Shown: positions 17,989 through 32,055 of the stretch, one piece after another | How the letters are laid out: every line of letters starts with the position of its first letter | Position numbering within the stretch: position 1 is the stretch's first letter | From: Casimicrobiaceae bacterium | Lineage (GTDB): Bacteria > Pseudomonadota > Gammaproteobacteria > Burkholderiales > Casimicrobiaceae | Reading direction: 5' to 3' | Assembly (NCBI GenBank): GCA_035501595.1 | Contig: DATJVX010000061.1 | Span: 66,233 to 130,232, forward strand | DNA length: 64,000 nucleotides | Notes under the pieces: generated by a model | Databases searched by the model: none | The model's input: the letters and a program-made list of their open reading frames with translations, nothing else | What the model was told of the DNA's origin: nothing | Position numbers and translations under genes: made by a program

Positions 17989-20589
17989 GTGAGCACCGCG
18001 GTCGCGTCCGCAGCGGAGCGCGCTGCCCCGGTTTCCCGCTGGAAGCGCGAGCTCGACGCCGGTCGCGAGGCGTTGCGCGCCGCGTATCGCGAGCACGGCC
18101 AGCCCCACCGGCTGCTCGCAGCGCAGGCGCGGCTCGCCGACCGCGTGTTGCGCGGCCTCTGGACCGAGATCGCTCCTCCTGCAGGCTGCGCCCTGGTCGC
18201 GATCGGCGGCTACGGCCGCGGCCAGCTCTTCCCGTACTCCGACGTCGACGTCGTCATTCTCCTGCCGCGGGCGCTGGTCGAAGACTCGGGCGAGGAAAGC
18301 CGCAGCGCGATCGAGCGCTTCGTGCGGCTGATGTGGGACACCGGCCTCGAGATCGGCCACAGCGTGCGCACGGTCGACGAATGCGAGGCCGAGATGAGCG
18401 GCGACGCCGTCATCCGGACGAGCATGCTGGAGCGGCGCCTGCTCGCCGGCTCGCGGCCGCTGTACGCCCGGTTCTGCCGGCGGTTCGACGCTACGCTCGA
18501 TGTGCGCGCGTTCTACGAAGCGAAGATGCTCGAGCAGCAGCAGCGGCATCTTCGCTACCAGGACACGGCGTACAACCTCGAGCCGAACGTCAAGGAAAGC
18601 CCGGGCGGCCGCCGCGACCTGCAGACGATTCTTTGGATCTCGCGTGCTGCGGGCCTCGGCCGGAGCTGGCGCGAGCTGGCGGCGAACGGCCTCATGACCG
18701 AAGCCGAAGCGCGCGACGTGGCGCGCCACGAACGGCTGATCGACGACCTCCGGATCCGGCTGCACTACCTCGCGGGCCGGCGGGAGGACCGCCTCGTGTT
18801 CGACGTGCAGAGCGCGCTCGCCCGCGAATTGGGGCTCGCCGATACCCCGGCGCGGCGTGCCTCCGAGCAGCTCATGCAGCGCTACTACCGCGCCGCGAAG
18901 GCCATCCGGCAGATCAACGTCATCCTGCTGCAGAACCTGCACGCGCGGCTGTTCCCGGCGCAGGTCGCGGTGAGGCCGATCGACGCGGACTTCCAGGCGG
19001 TCGACGAGCTGCTCGACGTGCGCGACGAGCAGATCTTCGAGCGGCGCCCCGGCGCGATGCTGGACGCCTTCCTGATGCTGCAGCGGCACCCGGAGCTGAA
19101 GGGCATGTCGGCGCCGACGCTCCGCGCGCTGTGGCGCAATCGCCATCGCGTCGACGCCTCCTTCCGGCGCGACCCCGCCAACCGGGCGCGCTTCCTCGAC
19201 ATCCTGCGCGAGCCCCGGGGCGTCACCCACGAGCTGCGCCGGATGAACCAGTACGGCATCCTCGGCCGGTACCTGCCCGCCTTCGGCCGTATCGTGGGCC
19301 AGATGCAGCACGACCTCTACCACGTCTACACGGTCGACGAGCACATCCTGATGGTGATCAGGAACCTGCGCCGCTTCACCGAGGCGCAGCACGCGCACGA
19401 GTATCCGCTGTGCTCGCGGCTGATCGCCGATTTCGCCCGCCCCGAGGTGTTGTATCTGGCGGCGCTGTTCCACGACATCGCCAAGGGACGCGGCGGCGAT
19501 CACTCGAGGCTGGGCTCGACCGACGCCCGGCGCTTCTGTCGGGCGCACGGGCTCGAGCCCGAGGACGTCGCGCTCGCGAGCTGGCTCGTCGAGCAGCACC
19601 TCACGATGTCGCTGACCGCCCAGAAGCAGGACATCCACGACCCGGCGGTCGTCGCGGCCTTCGCTGCGAAAGTGAAGACCGAGCGCAGGCTCGCCGCGCT
19701 CTATCTGCTCACGGTCGCCGACATCCGCGGGACGAGCCCGAAGGTGTGGAACGGGTGGAAAGCCAAGCTTCTCGAGGAGCTCTTCCACGCCACACAAGCG
19801 CGGCTCACCGGCAGCGCGGCCAGCCGCACGCTCGACGACAGCCTCGAAGCGCGCCGGCGCGAGGCGGTGCGGCAGCTGCGGCTCTACGCCGTTCCGCAGG
19901 ACGCCGAGCAGGCGCTGTGGCGCAACCTCGACAACGTCTATTTCCAGCGCCACGGCGCGGACGAGATCGCCTGGCACGCCCGCCAGCTCTACTTCCGGGT
20001 CGAGGGTCGCGAGCCGGTCGTCAGGGCGCGGCTGTCGCGCTCAGGCGTGGGGCTGCAGGTGATGATCTATCTGCCCGACCAGAAAGCGCTGTTCGCGCGC
20101 ATCTGCGGCTTCTTCGGCCGCGAGCGGCTGTCGATCCTGGACGCGAAGATCTACACCACGCGGCACGGCTACGCCCTCGACACCTTCACGGTGCACGATC
20201 CGGGCAATCCCAACGCCGCCTACAGGGCGGCGATCAGCTACGTGGAGTTCGAGCTCAAGCGCATTCTCACCGAGGCGGGGCCGCTCGAGCCGCCGCCGGT
20301 GGGCCGGGTGAGCCGCCACCTCAAGCATTTTCCGCTGACGCCCGAGGTGAGCCTCTTCCCCGACGACAAGGGGACGCACTACATCCTGGAGATCGTCGCC
20401 GGCGACCGGCCGGGGCTGCTCGCGCGGATCGCCTATACGCTCGCGACCGCCAACGTCAACGTCGAGAGCGCGAGGATCAACACGCTGGGCGAGCGGGCCG
20501 AGGACGTCTTCCTGCTCGACGGGGCACGCCTGCACGACGATGCGGCGCTGCTCCGCCTCGAGACCGCGCTCTACGCCCAGCTGTCGTAG
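17989..20589 (+). CDS. glnD: [protein-PII] uridylyltransferase / uridylyl-removing enzyme
   Basis: 866 aa with a GTG start. Nucleotidyltransferase motif (GGYGRGQLFPYSDVDVVILL), HD domain (LAALFHDIAKGRGGDHS) and two C-terminal ACT domains. map-glnD adjacency is typical. Confidence 0.95.
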   Translation: MSTAVASAAERAAPVSRWKRELDAGREALRAAYREHGQPHRLLAAQARLADRVLRGLWTEIAPPAGCALVAIGGYGRGQLFPYSDVDVVILLPRALVEDSGEESRSAIERFVRLMWDTGLEIGHSVRTVDECEAEMSGDAVIRTSMLERRLLAGSRPLYARFCRRFDATLDVRAFYEAKMLEQQQRHLRYQDTAYNLEPNVKESPGGRRDLQTILWISRAAGLGRSWRELAANGLMTEAEARDVARHERLIDDLRIRLHYLAGRREDRLVFDVQSALARELGLADTPARRASEQLMQRYYRAAKAIRQINVILLQNLHARLFPAQVAVRPIDADFQAVDELLDVRDEQIFERRPGAMLDAFLMLQRHPELKGMSAPTLRALWRNRHRVDASFRRDPANRARFLDILREPRGVTHELRRMNQYGILGRYLPAFGRIVGQMQHDLYHVYTVDEHILMVIRNLRRFTEAQHAHEYPLCSRLIADFARPEVLYLAALFHDIAKGRGGDHSRLGSTDARRFCRAHGLEPEDVALASWLVEQHLTMSLTAQKQDIHDPAVVAAFAAKVKTERRLAALYLLTVADIRGTSPKVWNGWKAKLLEELFHATQARLTGSAASRTLDDSLEARRREAVRQLRLYAVPQDAEQALWRNLDNVYFQRHGADEIAWHARQLYFRVEGREPVVRARLSRSGVGLQVMIYLPDQKALFARICGFFGRERLSILDAKIYTTRHGYALDTFTVHDPGNPNAAYRAAISYVEFELKRILTEAGPLEPPPVGRVSRHLKHFPLTPEVSLFPDDKGTHYILEIVAGDRPGLLARIAYTLATANVNVESARINTLGERAEDVFLLDGARLHDDAALLRLETALYAQLS

Positions 20590-20603
20590 GCGCGCCGCTT
20601 CCT

Positions 20604-21134
20604 CTATTCGTCGATGACTTCCTCGTCGGGGAAGAGCACGTCGGTGTAGCCCAGCGAGCGCATGTCGCGAATGCGCATCGGGTAGAGGATGCCGTCGAGG
20701 TGATCGACCTCGTGCTGCACGACGCGGGCGTGGAAACCCGAGACCTCGCGCTGGATCGGCCGCCCGTCGGGATCGAATCCCGTGTAGCGCAGGCGGGTGA
20801 AACGCGGAACCCGGCCGCGCAGGCCCGGCACGGACAGGCAGCCCTCCCAGCCCTCCTCCATTTCGCTCATGAGCGGGATCAGCAGCGGGTTCACCAGCTC
20901 GGTATAGGGCACGGGCTCGGCGTCGGGATAGCGCTCGTTGTGCTCGAAGCCGAAGATCACGACCCGCAAGCCCACGCCGATCTGCGGCGCAGCCAGTCCC
21001 GCGCCGTGGGCCCCGATCATCGTGTCGCGCATATCGGCGATGAGCTGCCTCAACTCCGGTGTACCGAAGCGATCCACGGAGCTCGACCGCTCGAGCAGCC
21101 GCGGGTCGCCCATCTTGAGGATCGGTCGGATCAT
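20604..21134 (-). CDS. def: peptide deformylase
   Basis: 176 aa: [18 protein letters not shown] and QHEVDHLDG motifs. Confidence 0.95.
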   Translation of the reverse strand: MIRPILKMGDPRLLERSSSVDRFGTPELRQLIADMRDTMIGAHGAGLAAPQIGVGLRVVIFGFEHNERYPDAEPVPYTELVNPLLIPLMSEMEEGWEGCLSVPGLRGRVPRFTRLRYTGFDPDGRPIQREVSGFHARVVQHEVDHLDGILYPMRIRDMRSLGYTDVLFPDEEVIDE

Positions 21135-21901
21135 TTCTTCTCCTGTCGCACGCCGCGCACGGCATCCTGCTGCACGAGCTGGTCGATGAGTATCTTGACC
21201 TTGTCCATCGCCTTTTCAAGCACCCGTGCGATGCGCTCCATCGAGACCCCCGCCGCACTGTCGCCGCGGCCCGCGGCGTGGTTGACCACCACCGCGATGG
21301 AGGCATAGGCGATCCCGAGCTCGCGCGCGAGCGCGGCCTCGGGCATGCCGGTCATCCCGACCAGCGTCGCGCCGTCGCGCTCCATGCGGTCGATCTCCGC
21401 GGCGGTCTCGAGGCGCGGCCCGGAAACCGCGCCGTAGACTCCGCCGTCGTGGACGTCGATCTTCGCCGTCTGCGCCGCGGCAAGGCAGCGGGCCCGCAGC
21501 TCGGCGCTGTACGGCTGCGTGAAGTCGACGTGCACGACCTGGCGGTCCCCGCCGTCGAAGAACGTCTGCTGGCGCCCGCTCGTGTAGTCGATGAGCTGAT
21601 GCGGGACCACCAGATCGCCCGGACCATGGCGAGGGCTGATCGCGCCGACCGACGCCACGGCGAGTATGCTGTCGACGCCGCGCTGCTTGAGTGCCCAGAG
21701 GTTCGCCCGGTAGTTCACCCGGTGCGGGGGGATGGTGTGGCCGTGGCCGTGGCGCGCCATGAACACTACATCTCGTCCGGCGAGCTGGCCGAACACCAGC
21801 GCCGACGACGGCTCGCCGTAGGGGGTACGCACCACTTCGCGGTGGGCAACGGCGAGCGTCGACAGCCGGGTGAGCCCGCTGCCGCCGATGATGGCCAGCA
21901 T
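21131..21901 (-). CDS. mtnP: S-methyl-5'-thioadenosine / thioinosine phosphorylase (MTAP family)
   Basis: 256 aa: [10 protein letters not shown]...[26 protein letters not shown]. 4-nt overlap with def. Whether the substrate is MTA or MTI cannot be decided from the sequence. Confidence 0.85.
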   Translation of the reverse strand: MLAIIGGSGLTRLSTLAVAHREVVRTPYGEPSSALVFGQLAGRDVVFMARHGHGHTIPPHRVNYRANLWALKQRGVDSILAVASVGAISPRHGPGDLVVPHQLIDYTSGRQQTFFDGGDRQVVHVDFTQPYSAELRARCLAAAQTAKIDVHDGGVYGAVSGPRLETAAEIDRMERDGATLVGMTGMPEAALARELGIAYASIAVVVNHAAGRGDSAAGVSMERIARVLEKAMDKVKILIDQLVQQDAVRGVRQEKK

Positions 21902-21986
21902 GGATCGCTTCGGTGGAAGAGTCGGAAGCGCCCCGTCGGTCGGCCCAAGGCAACGCGTACCGACGACGGGGCTGCCAGTTGTTACT

Positions 21987-22029
21987 TTGCTTGAGCAAGG
22001 TTATTCTTGTCAATTCATGACATTGTCAA
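21987..22029. promoter_or_regulatory. AT-rich operator-like repeat cluster in the mtnP / pilU divergent intergenic region
   Basis: Inverted repeat TTGCT-tg-AGCAA (21987-21998). TTGTCAA occurs twice (22007-22013 and 22023-29). Half-sites TGTCA (22008-12) / TGACA (22018-22) / TGTCA (22024-28) form TGTCA-N5-TGACA and the 11-bp palindrome TGACATTGTCA. Confidence 0.35.
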
Positions 22030-22091
22030 GCGCGTCGGCGGGTGGAGGCGAGCGCCCTCGCCCGGCCGCGGGACAGGTCAGCGGGACAACC

Positions 22092-25304
<3,213 letters not shown>

Positions 25305-25323
<19 letters not shown>

Positions 25324-28300
25324 GGCGCGGACGCGCCCGGGCTCGTGGAAGCGAGCCGCAGCGCGTCCGCCAAACCCTCGATCGTCGCGTGTGCGAGAAA
25401 CAGCTCGAGCGGCACCTCCAGGTGCCGCGCGCTGCCGACCGTGCCGAGCATCCGCATCGCGAGCAACGAGTCGCCGCCCAGGTCGAAGAAGTGATCGCCG
25501 ATGCCGATCCGCGGGATGCGCAGGAGCTCCTGCCAGATATCGGCGAGCTCGCGTTCCAGCGCATCGCGCGGGGCCACGTAGCCGCCGGCGCGCCGCTCGG
25601 GGGCCTCGGGCACCGGCAACGCCGCATAGTCGATCTTGCCGTTGGCCGCGCGCGGCAGCGAAGCGAGCGTGACGATGGCCGCCGGGACCATGTAATCGGG
25701 GAGCGACCGGCGCAACTGCCGGCGCAGCTGATCGGTCCCCAGGTCGGAGCCGTCGGCAACGACGTAGGCGATGAGCCTGCGCGCCTCGCCCGCCGCGCCA
25801 TGTCCGACGACGGCGGCATCGCGGACCTGCGGCAGGGCGCGCAAGGCCGACTCGACCTCGGCAGGCTCGACGCGGTAGCCGCGGATCTTGATCTGGCTGT
25901 CGGCCCGGCCGAGGAACTCGACGTTTCCGTCGGGGAGGTAGCGTCCCAAGTCGCCGGTGCGGTAGAGCCGGTCGCCCGGCCGGTCGCTGAACGGGTCGCG
26001 CACGAAGCTCAGCGCCGTCAGGTCCGGCCGGTTGCGGTAGCCGAGCGCCACGCCGCGCCCGGCGATGCAGATCTCGCCGGGCACGCCCACGGGAACGGGA
26101 TGGCCGTAGGGGTCGAGCACGTGGATGCGCACGTTGGCGATCGGACGGCCGATCGGAACGGTCGCGAGCGGCCGGTCGCCCGCGGTCTCGGCGTCGAAGA
26201 TCGTCGCGGTGCATGTCGCCTCGGACGGTCCGTAGGCGTTGCACCACCGCACGCGCCGTCCCACGCGCGCCCTCCAGGCCGCGAACGCCTCCGGGCGCAC
26301 CGTATCCATCCCTGAGACCACCACGCGCAGCGAATCCGGGAGCGGAGCTGCGCCCGGTGCGGTCATGGTCTCGACCCACTCGTGCCAGTAGGCGCTCGGG
26401 ATCCCCGTTATCGTCACCCGGCGGCTGGCCACGAAGCGCAGGAACTGGGCAATGGAGATGAGCTGCGAATCCGGTCGCAGGACGGCGGCGCCACCGGAGA
26501 CGAGAACCGGGAACAGGTCGGCGATCAGGACGTCGGCGCTGAGCGAGACGAACTGCAGCCTCCGGTCTCGGGGCGAGACCGCGTAATGCTCGGCGAGCGC
26601 CAGCGTATGGTTGGTGAGCGCGCCGTGCGGGACCTCGATTCCCTTCGGCCGCCCGGTCGACCCCGACGTGTAGACGACGTAGGCGAGCTGCTGCGCTCCG
26701 ACGCGGACGTCCAGCCGCGCGGCAGTCTCCCGCGCGATCGCTTCGCGCTCCGCGTCGAGCAGGATCGTCGTCGCCCGCGCCTCGCCCAGGCGCGCCGAGA
26801 GCGCCTGCGTGGTGATCGCACAGGAAACAGCCGCGTCCCGGAGGATGCCCTCGAGGCGCTCGGGAGGATGCCCGGGATCGAGCGGAAGGTACGCGCAGCC
26901 CGCCTTGAGGATGCCGAGGAGCGCCGCCACGAGCTCGGGCGTCCGAGGCAGGCACAAGGCGACGAGAGCCTCGCGCTCGACGGCGCGCCCGCGCAGGTAC
27001 CGGGCGAGCTGATTGGCGCGACCATCGAGCTCGCGGTAGCTCAGGCTGCCCGCCGTAGACTCCACGGCGAGCGCCTCGGGTGTGCGCGCGGCCTGACGCT
27101 CGAAGAGCTCGTGGACGCCGCAGTCCGCCGGATAGTCCCGCGCCGTGTCGTTCCACTCGACCACGATCCGCCGCCTTTCGCTTGGGGAGAGCATCTGCTG
27201 CTCCCGGATCGGCCGGTGCAGGCCGTCGATCGCGCTCTCGAGCAGGTTGCGCAGATGCTCCAGCATCGCGGCGATCGTGGCTGCGTCGTAGTGCGAGCGC
27301 GCGTAGGCGATCTTGAGCGCGAGCTCCGGGCCTCCGAAGCAGGCGAGCGTGAGCGGGTGTCCCGGCGTCGATCGGCGGGCGAAGCTGCGCGTCGACCAGC
27401 CGCGGTCCTCGTGCAGCAGGGCATCGAGCGTGGCGTGCTCGAAGACCACCAGCGTCGACATCGCGCGCTCCGCGCGCGAGCCCCTGCCTCCGCGATGGAT
27501 GGCGGCGAGCGGCAGCCACGCGTGCGGACGCATCGCGAGCCATTGCGCCCGCAATCCGTCGAGCCAGGGCGCGAGCGCCATCTCCGGCTCGACCCGCAGC
27601 CGCATCGGCACGGTGTTGATGCACAGCCCCACGATGTCCTGCGACTCGTCGCGGCGATCCCCGCGCAGGGCGAGCGTCGTGTCGAAAATCACGTCGGTCT
27701 CGCCGCTGTAGCGGCTCAGAAGCTGCGCCCAGGCGCCCAGCAGAAGCGTGTTGAGCGTGAGGCCCTGCTCCCGCGCGATGCGCCGCAGTGCGTCGGTCGA
27801 CTCCCGCCCGAGCGTCAGCTCCGCAGTCGCCGAGCCCTCGTCCCTGCCGTCGTCCTTGCCCCTCTGCGAGCGCGGACGCTCCACCGGCAGCCGGGTCGGC
27901 GCGGCGAAGCCTTCGAGCGCCGCGCGCCAGAATGACTCGGCCGCCGCCGCGTCCTGGCGTCCGAGCCAGTCGATGTAGCCGCGATACGCGCGGGCCGCGG
28001 GGAGCGCGAGGTCACGCCCCGCGAGGCGCGCATCGTAGAGATCGAAGAGCTCCCTCAGCACGATGCGGATGGAGCGGCCGTCCAGCAGCGCGTGATGGTA
28101 GGTCCAGAGCAGGCGATAGTGCGCATCGGCGAGCTGGAGCAGCGCAAATCGCATCGGCGGCGAATCGAGCGCGAATTCCCGCTGCCGGTCCGCGTCGAGA
28201 AAGGCATCGAAGCGCGATTCCTGTTCGGCGGGCGGGCCGCCGCGCCAGTCGAGATGCGCCCAGGAAATCGCGGCGTGCGAGCGGACTTCCTGCACCGGGT

Positions 28301-28535
28301 CGCGGTCGATGCGAAAGCTCGTCCTGAGGATCGCGTGCCGCGCGACGATGGTTCGCCAGGCGTGCTCGAGCTGGGCCGGCTGCAGCCGCTCGCGCAAGTC
28401 GCAGATCGCCTGCTGCACGTACGCACCGGAACCCGGCGCGGACAGGCTGTGGACCAGCATCTCGCTCTGCATCGGCGCGAGCGGATACGCGTCCTCGACA
28501 CCGGAGTCCGCCGCGAGGGTTCGAGGCTCAGCCAT
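25305..28535 (-). CDS. single-module non-ribosomal peptide synthetase, domain order C-A-T, no thioesterase or reductase
   Basis: 1076 aa. C domain: YPLAPMQSEML, HHALLDGRS (HH codons 28092-28097). A domain: LSYRELDGRANQLA, YVVYTSGSTGRPKG, NAYGPSE, YRTGDLGRY, GRADSQIKIRGYRVE, NGKIDYAAL. T domain: FFDLGGDSLLAM (Ser codon 25467-25469). The protein ends about 40 aa after the carrier Ser. Confidence 0.93.
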
Positions 28536-29418
28536 GCCCCGGCACCCTGCGGCGCGCCCGGTAGGTCGCGATGGGGCAACGATCGCCCATCTCGTAGTCG
28601 AGGTAGCGCGTCTCCCGGTGATCGAAGAACTCGCCCATCACCCGCTCGATCTCGCTGACGTCCGGGAACGTCAGGCGCGAGGTCTTGCCTTCGTAGAGAT
28701 AGATCATTTCCACCGTCTCGCGCTGCCAGCCCGTCATCGCCAGGAGCCGATCCATGTCCACGCGCGCGCGCTTCCAGGCGGCGAGCACGTCGGCGACTGC
28801 CACGCCCGCCTCCACGCGCTCCTGCAATGCCGCGGCGAGCCTGAACTTGAAGGCGTGGAAGCTCCGGATCCGGTTCGCGAGGAGATCGTCGAATACCGCC
28901 TCTGGGGTCTCGCGCTCGGCGGGGCGCACGAAGAAGCGGCTGATGACGATCCCGCCGTCGGTCAGCGCTTCACGGCCAGCGGCGGCCAGCGCTCGATAGC
29001 CTGCCGGATAGTCGAGCGGCGCGAAGTTGCCGTCGCCGATCACGACGTCGTGACGGCCTTCGCCGCGGTAGCAGAACCAGTCGACCAGGGCCGCGCGGCG
29101 CAGTCCGGGCACATCTCCGGGCCACACCAGGTCGATCATCGCCTGCGACTTGTCGATGGCGAGCAGCCGCGTTCCCTTAGGCCACGACATCGCGGCGATC
29201 TCGGGCGTGACACCCCACAGGAGAACCTCGAGCGATTCGCCGCGGGCATCGGCGAACGCGTGGACGATCTCCCGCACGACCCGGACGTCCGCGGCGGAAG
29301 GCCGCAGCGGCGGCCCGTAGAGATCCCACTGGTGGGCGACATCGCTGCCCCAGTACGGCGCCTGGGGATCCTGCGTGGCGGGCGCCTCCGGAGCCTCGTC
29401 GTCAGGGCGGGCGGACAT
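28528..29418 (-). CDS. class I SAM-dependent methyltransferase-like protein (degenerate motif I)
   Basis: 296 aa: EVLLWGVTPEIAAM ... DVVIGDGNF ... LTDGGIVISRFF fits a Rossmann methyltransferase fold of the LGVTPE subtype. 8-nt overlap with the NRPS start and 1-nt gap after the upstream OMT stop. Confidence 0.65.
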   Translation of the reverse strand: MSARPDDEAPEAPATQDPQAPYWGSDVAHQWDLYGPPLRPSAADVRVVREIVHAFADARGESLEVLLWGVTPEIAAMSWPKGTRLLAIDKSQAMIDLVWPGDVPGLRRAALVDWFCYRGEGRHDVVIGDGNFAPLDYPAGYRALAAAGREALTDGGIVISRFFVRPAERETPEAVFDDLLANRIRSFHAFKFRLAAALQERVEAGVAVADVLAAWKRARVDMDRLLAMTGWQRETVEMIYLYEGKTSRLTFPDVSEIERVMGEFFDHRETRYLDYEMGDRCPIATYRARRRVPGHG

Positions 29419-29419
29419 G

Positions 29420-30466
29420 TCACGTCCGAGCTTGCGCGCTGTCGCGCGCGGCGACGATGATCTCCGCGCCGGGTCGGTGGCCTGCCAGCGAATCGCGGAT
29501 CTCGAAGCCCTCGGAGCGCAGGAGCGATCGATATTCCTCTGCCGTGCGCTCCCGGCCGCCGAGCATCACCATCATGTGCAGATCGAGCATGGCCAGGGGC
29601 ACCGAGGGGCGCGCTCCTTCCACGATCGTGTTCTCGACCACGAGCAGCACGCTCGAGGCCCCCATCGCGTCGCGGCAGCGGCGCAGGATCGTCGCACAGT
29701 CGCGGTCGCTCCAGTCGTGCAGGACGTAGCGCAGCACGTAGGCGTCGCCCCCCGCCGGGACCGCATCGAGGAACGACCCGCCCGCGACGCGGCAACGGTC
29801 GAGGACGCCTTCGGCCGCGAGCAGGGCTCGCGCCTGCTCGACGACGTGCGGCTGGTCGAACACCACGCCCGTCGCCCCGGGGTAGCGCCGGAGAATCTCC
29901 GCCATGAGCGCACCGCTCCCTCCGCCCACGTCGACGACCACGCGGCAGCCGGAGAAGTCGTACGCGGCCAGCACCGAGCTGCGGCCCCGCGCTTCCTGAT
30001 CGCCCATCGCGCGATTGAACGAAGCGTCGAGCTCGGGATGCGCCCTGCGGTGCTCCCAGACGCTCATCCCGAACGCGGCGGGAAACGCGGGCTCGCCGGT
30101 CCGCACGGCCTCGCCGAGCCTGCTCCAGGCCGGCAGGTACTCCTCGCCGACGAGCAGCGCACGCTCGCGGACGCCTGCGTGCGAATCGAGCAGCACGCGA
30201 CCCAGGGAGGTGAGGCTGAAGCCGCTCGCGCCCGGCGCCACGATGTCGAGAGCCTCGAGCGCCCGCAGGAACCGGAGCAGCGACGACTCATGTGCGCCGA
30301 CGCGCTTCGCGAGCTCCTCCGCGGTCAACGGGCCCGCGGCGAGCCGATCGAGAACCCCGAGCTCGACCGCCGCCGCGATCACGCAGCTCGGGCGAAAGCC
30401 GTGCAGCAGGCTCAGCAGCCGTGCGGCGAGCGCCTCGGTCGATCCCGACCCGACGGCGGTCTGCAT
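29420..30466 (-). CDS. family-2 O-methyltransferase (dimerisation domain plus Methyltransf_2)
   Basis: 348 aa: N-terminal winged-helix dimerisation region (AAAVELGVLDRLAAGPLTAEELA), SAM motif VVDVGGGSGAL, and YVLRYVLHDWSD with the catalytic His. Confidence 0.9.
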   Translation of the reverse strand: MQTAVGSGSTEALAARLLSLLHGFRPSCVIAAAVELGVLDRLAAGPLTAEELAKRVGAHESSLLRFLRALEALDIVAPGASGFSLTSLGRVLLDSHAGVRERALLVGEEYLPAWSRLGEAVRTGEPAFPAAFGMSVWEHRRAHPELDASFNRAMGDQEARGRSSVLAAYDFSGCRVVVDVGGGSGALMAEILRRYPGATGVVFDQPHVVEQARALLAAEGVLDRCRVAGGSFLDAVPAGGDAYVLRYVLHDWSDRDCATILRRCRDAMGASSVLLVVENTIVEGARPSVPLAMLDLHMMVMLGGRERTAEEYRSLLRSEGFEIRDSLAGHRPGAEIIVAARDSAQART

Positions 30467-31980
30467 CAGGCATCCAGCCCGAAGAACTGGCGGATGCGTC
30501 TTACGAGCTCACTCGCGCGCGTGCCGGTAGCCTGCGCCCGGGCTTCCGCCGAGAGCGACGCGAGCGTCGCGTCGTTAGCCGCCTGTCGGGCCGCCACGGT
30601 CCGCGACATCGCCTCGGCCAGCTCGGGGCGAGCCTGGATGATCGCCTCGAAGCCACTCTTGTCGAGGCCGTAGCAAAGCACCTCCGATTCCGCGATGATC
30701 GTCGCGGTTCGCGCCTGACCCGTGAGAAGCCCCATCTCGCCGAAGAACGCCGGGGCCGTGAGCTTGGCGAGCAGCTTGCGCCCTTTGCCGTGCTCGCCGT
30801 CACGGAAGATCGCGACCACGCCGCGCGCGAGGATGTACAGCGAATCGGAGGGCTCGCCCTGCCGGGTCACGACGTCGCCGGGCGCGAGCGGCGCGATGCG
30901 GAGCTGGGTCGCCAGCGCGTACGTCTCGTCGTCGGTGAGCGGCGCAAACAGCTCGAGCGAGCGCAACAGCGTCACGCGCGACTTCTGCTCGCTCTCCCCG
31001 AGCATGGCCGCGAGCCGGCGCGCCGAGTGCAGGTAGAGTTCCTGGCGCGAGACCGGAAACTCCATGCCCGCCCGCCCCAGCGCGGCGTAGACGTGAAGGC
31101 GCACCTGCGAGTCGGTCTCGAGGTAGGACTTCATGTCGGTGAGCCAGTAATAAACGATGTACTTGATCGCGCTCGCGTCGAACTCCGCGCACACGCAGCG
31201 CGCCGTCGGCTTCGTCGCCATCAGCGGCACTTCCATGCGCTCGATCGCGGAGGCGACGACCGCGAGCACCTGCCCGGGCGTCCATTCGTAGCCGATGCTG
31301 AACTCGATCGACCGCCGCCACGCGACGCGCTCGTCTCCCCGCCGGCCGAGCAGCGTAACCTTGCTCTTCATGAGTTCCGCGTTCGGGATCACGATGGTCA
31401 CGTTGGTAATCGTCGCGATCGCGGTGTAGCGCCAGCGGATCGAGACGACCTCTCCCATCACGCCTTCGATCTCGATCCAGTCCCCGATCCGGCAGGTGTT
31501 GTCGAGCTGCAGCGAGATGCCGCCCATCAGGTTGCCGAGGGTAGCCTGAGCCGCAAAGGCGATGACTGCGGTCAGCGCGCCCGCCGACACCGTGATCGCC
31601 GTGAGGTTCACGCCCATCGCGTTGAGGCGGAACAGCGCATAGACGACGATCGACACGAACATGCTCACTTCGGCCAGGATCCGCGGCACGGTGCGGCGCG
31701 CGAGCAGCACGTTGCCGAGGAAGGCGATCCAGACCTTGATGTTGCCCAGCGCGACGATGAACAGGCACAGCTCGCGCGGCAGCACCGCGATCGCGAGCTG
31801 CGGGGGGATCGGCGTGTAGCGGGTGAAGGCGGCGAGGCCGCTCAGGCCGAGGACGATGATGAACAGGGTGACGAGCGTCGAGCGCCGCAGCTCGGGCTTG
31901 AAGCGCATCGTGATCAGGCCCAGGAGCAGGGCAAACGCGCTGAACCCGAGCGCTTCCTGCAGCGTGATCGTCTCAACCAT
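30466..31980 (-). CDS. MscS-family mechanosensitive channel with C-terminal cyclic-nucleotide-binding domain (bCNG type)
   Basis: 504 aa: TM region plus MscS beta domain (IGDWIEIEGVMGEVVSIRWRYT), then a CAP_ED domain (GDVVTRQGEPSDSLYILARGVV...FFGEMGLLTGQARTATIIA). Its stop overlaps the OMT start by 1 nt (TGATG, 30464-30468). Confidence 0.9.
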   Translation of the reverse strand: MVETITLQEALGFSAFALLLGLITMRFKPELRRSTLVTLFIIVLGLSGLAAFTRYTPIPPQLAIAVLPRELCLFIVALGNIKVWIAFLGNVLLARRTVPRILAEVSMFVSIVVYALFRLNAMGVNLTAITVSAGALTAVIAFAAQATLGNLMGGISLQLDNTCRIGDWIEIEGVMGEVVSIRWRYTAIATITNVTIVIPNAELMKSKVTLLGRRGDERVAWRRSIEFSIGYEWTPGQVLAVVASAIERMEVPLMATKPTARCVCAEFDASAIKYIVYYWLTDMKSYLETDSQVRLHVYAALGRAGMEFPVSRQELYLHSARRLAAMLGESEQKSRVTLLRSLELFAPLTDDETYALATQLRIAPLAPGDVVTRQGEPSDSLYILARGVVAIFRDGEHGKGRKLLAKLTAPAFFGEMGLLTGQARTATIIAESEVLCYGLDKSGFEAIIQARPELAEAMSRTVAARQAANDATLASLSAEARAQATGTRASELVRRIRQFFGLDA

Positions 31981-32026
31981 CGACGGCCGTTTTCCCCTGA
32001 CCGACGGGAGGCGCCGGCCAGCGCGG

Positions 32027-32055
32027 ATTATACGGCCGGGCAGCGCATCTGCCGA
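32027..32055 (-). promoter_or_regulatory. putative sigma70 promoter TCGGCA-N17-TATAAT of the channel-MT-NRPS operon
   Basis: Minus strand: -35 TCGGCA (32055-32050), 17-nt spacer, perfect -10 TATAAT (32032-32027), 46 nt upstream of ATG 31980. Confidence 0.4.
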
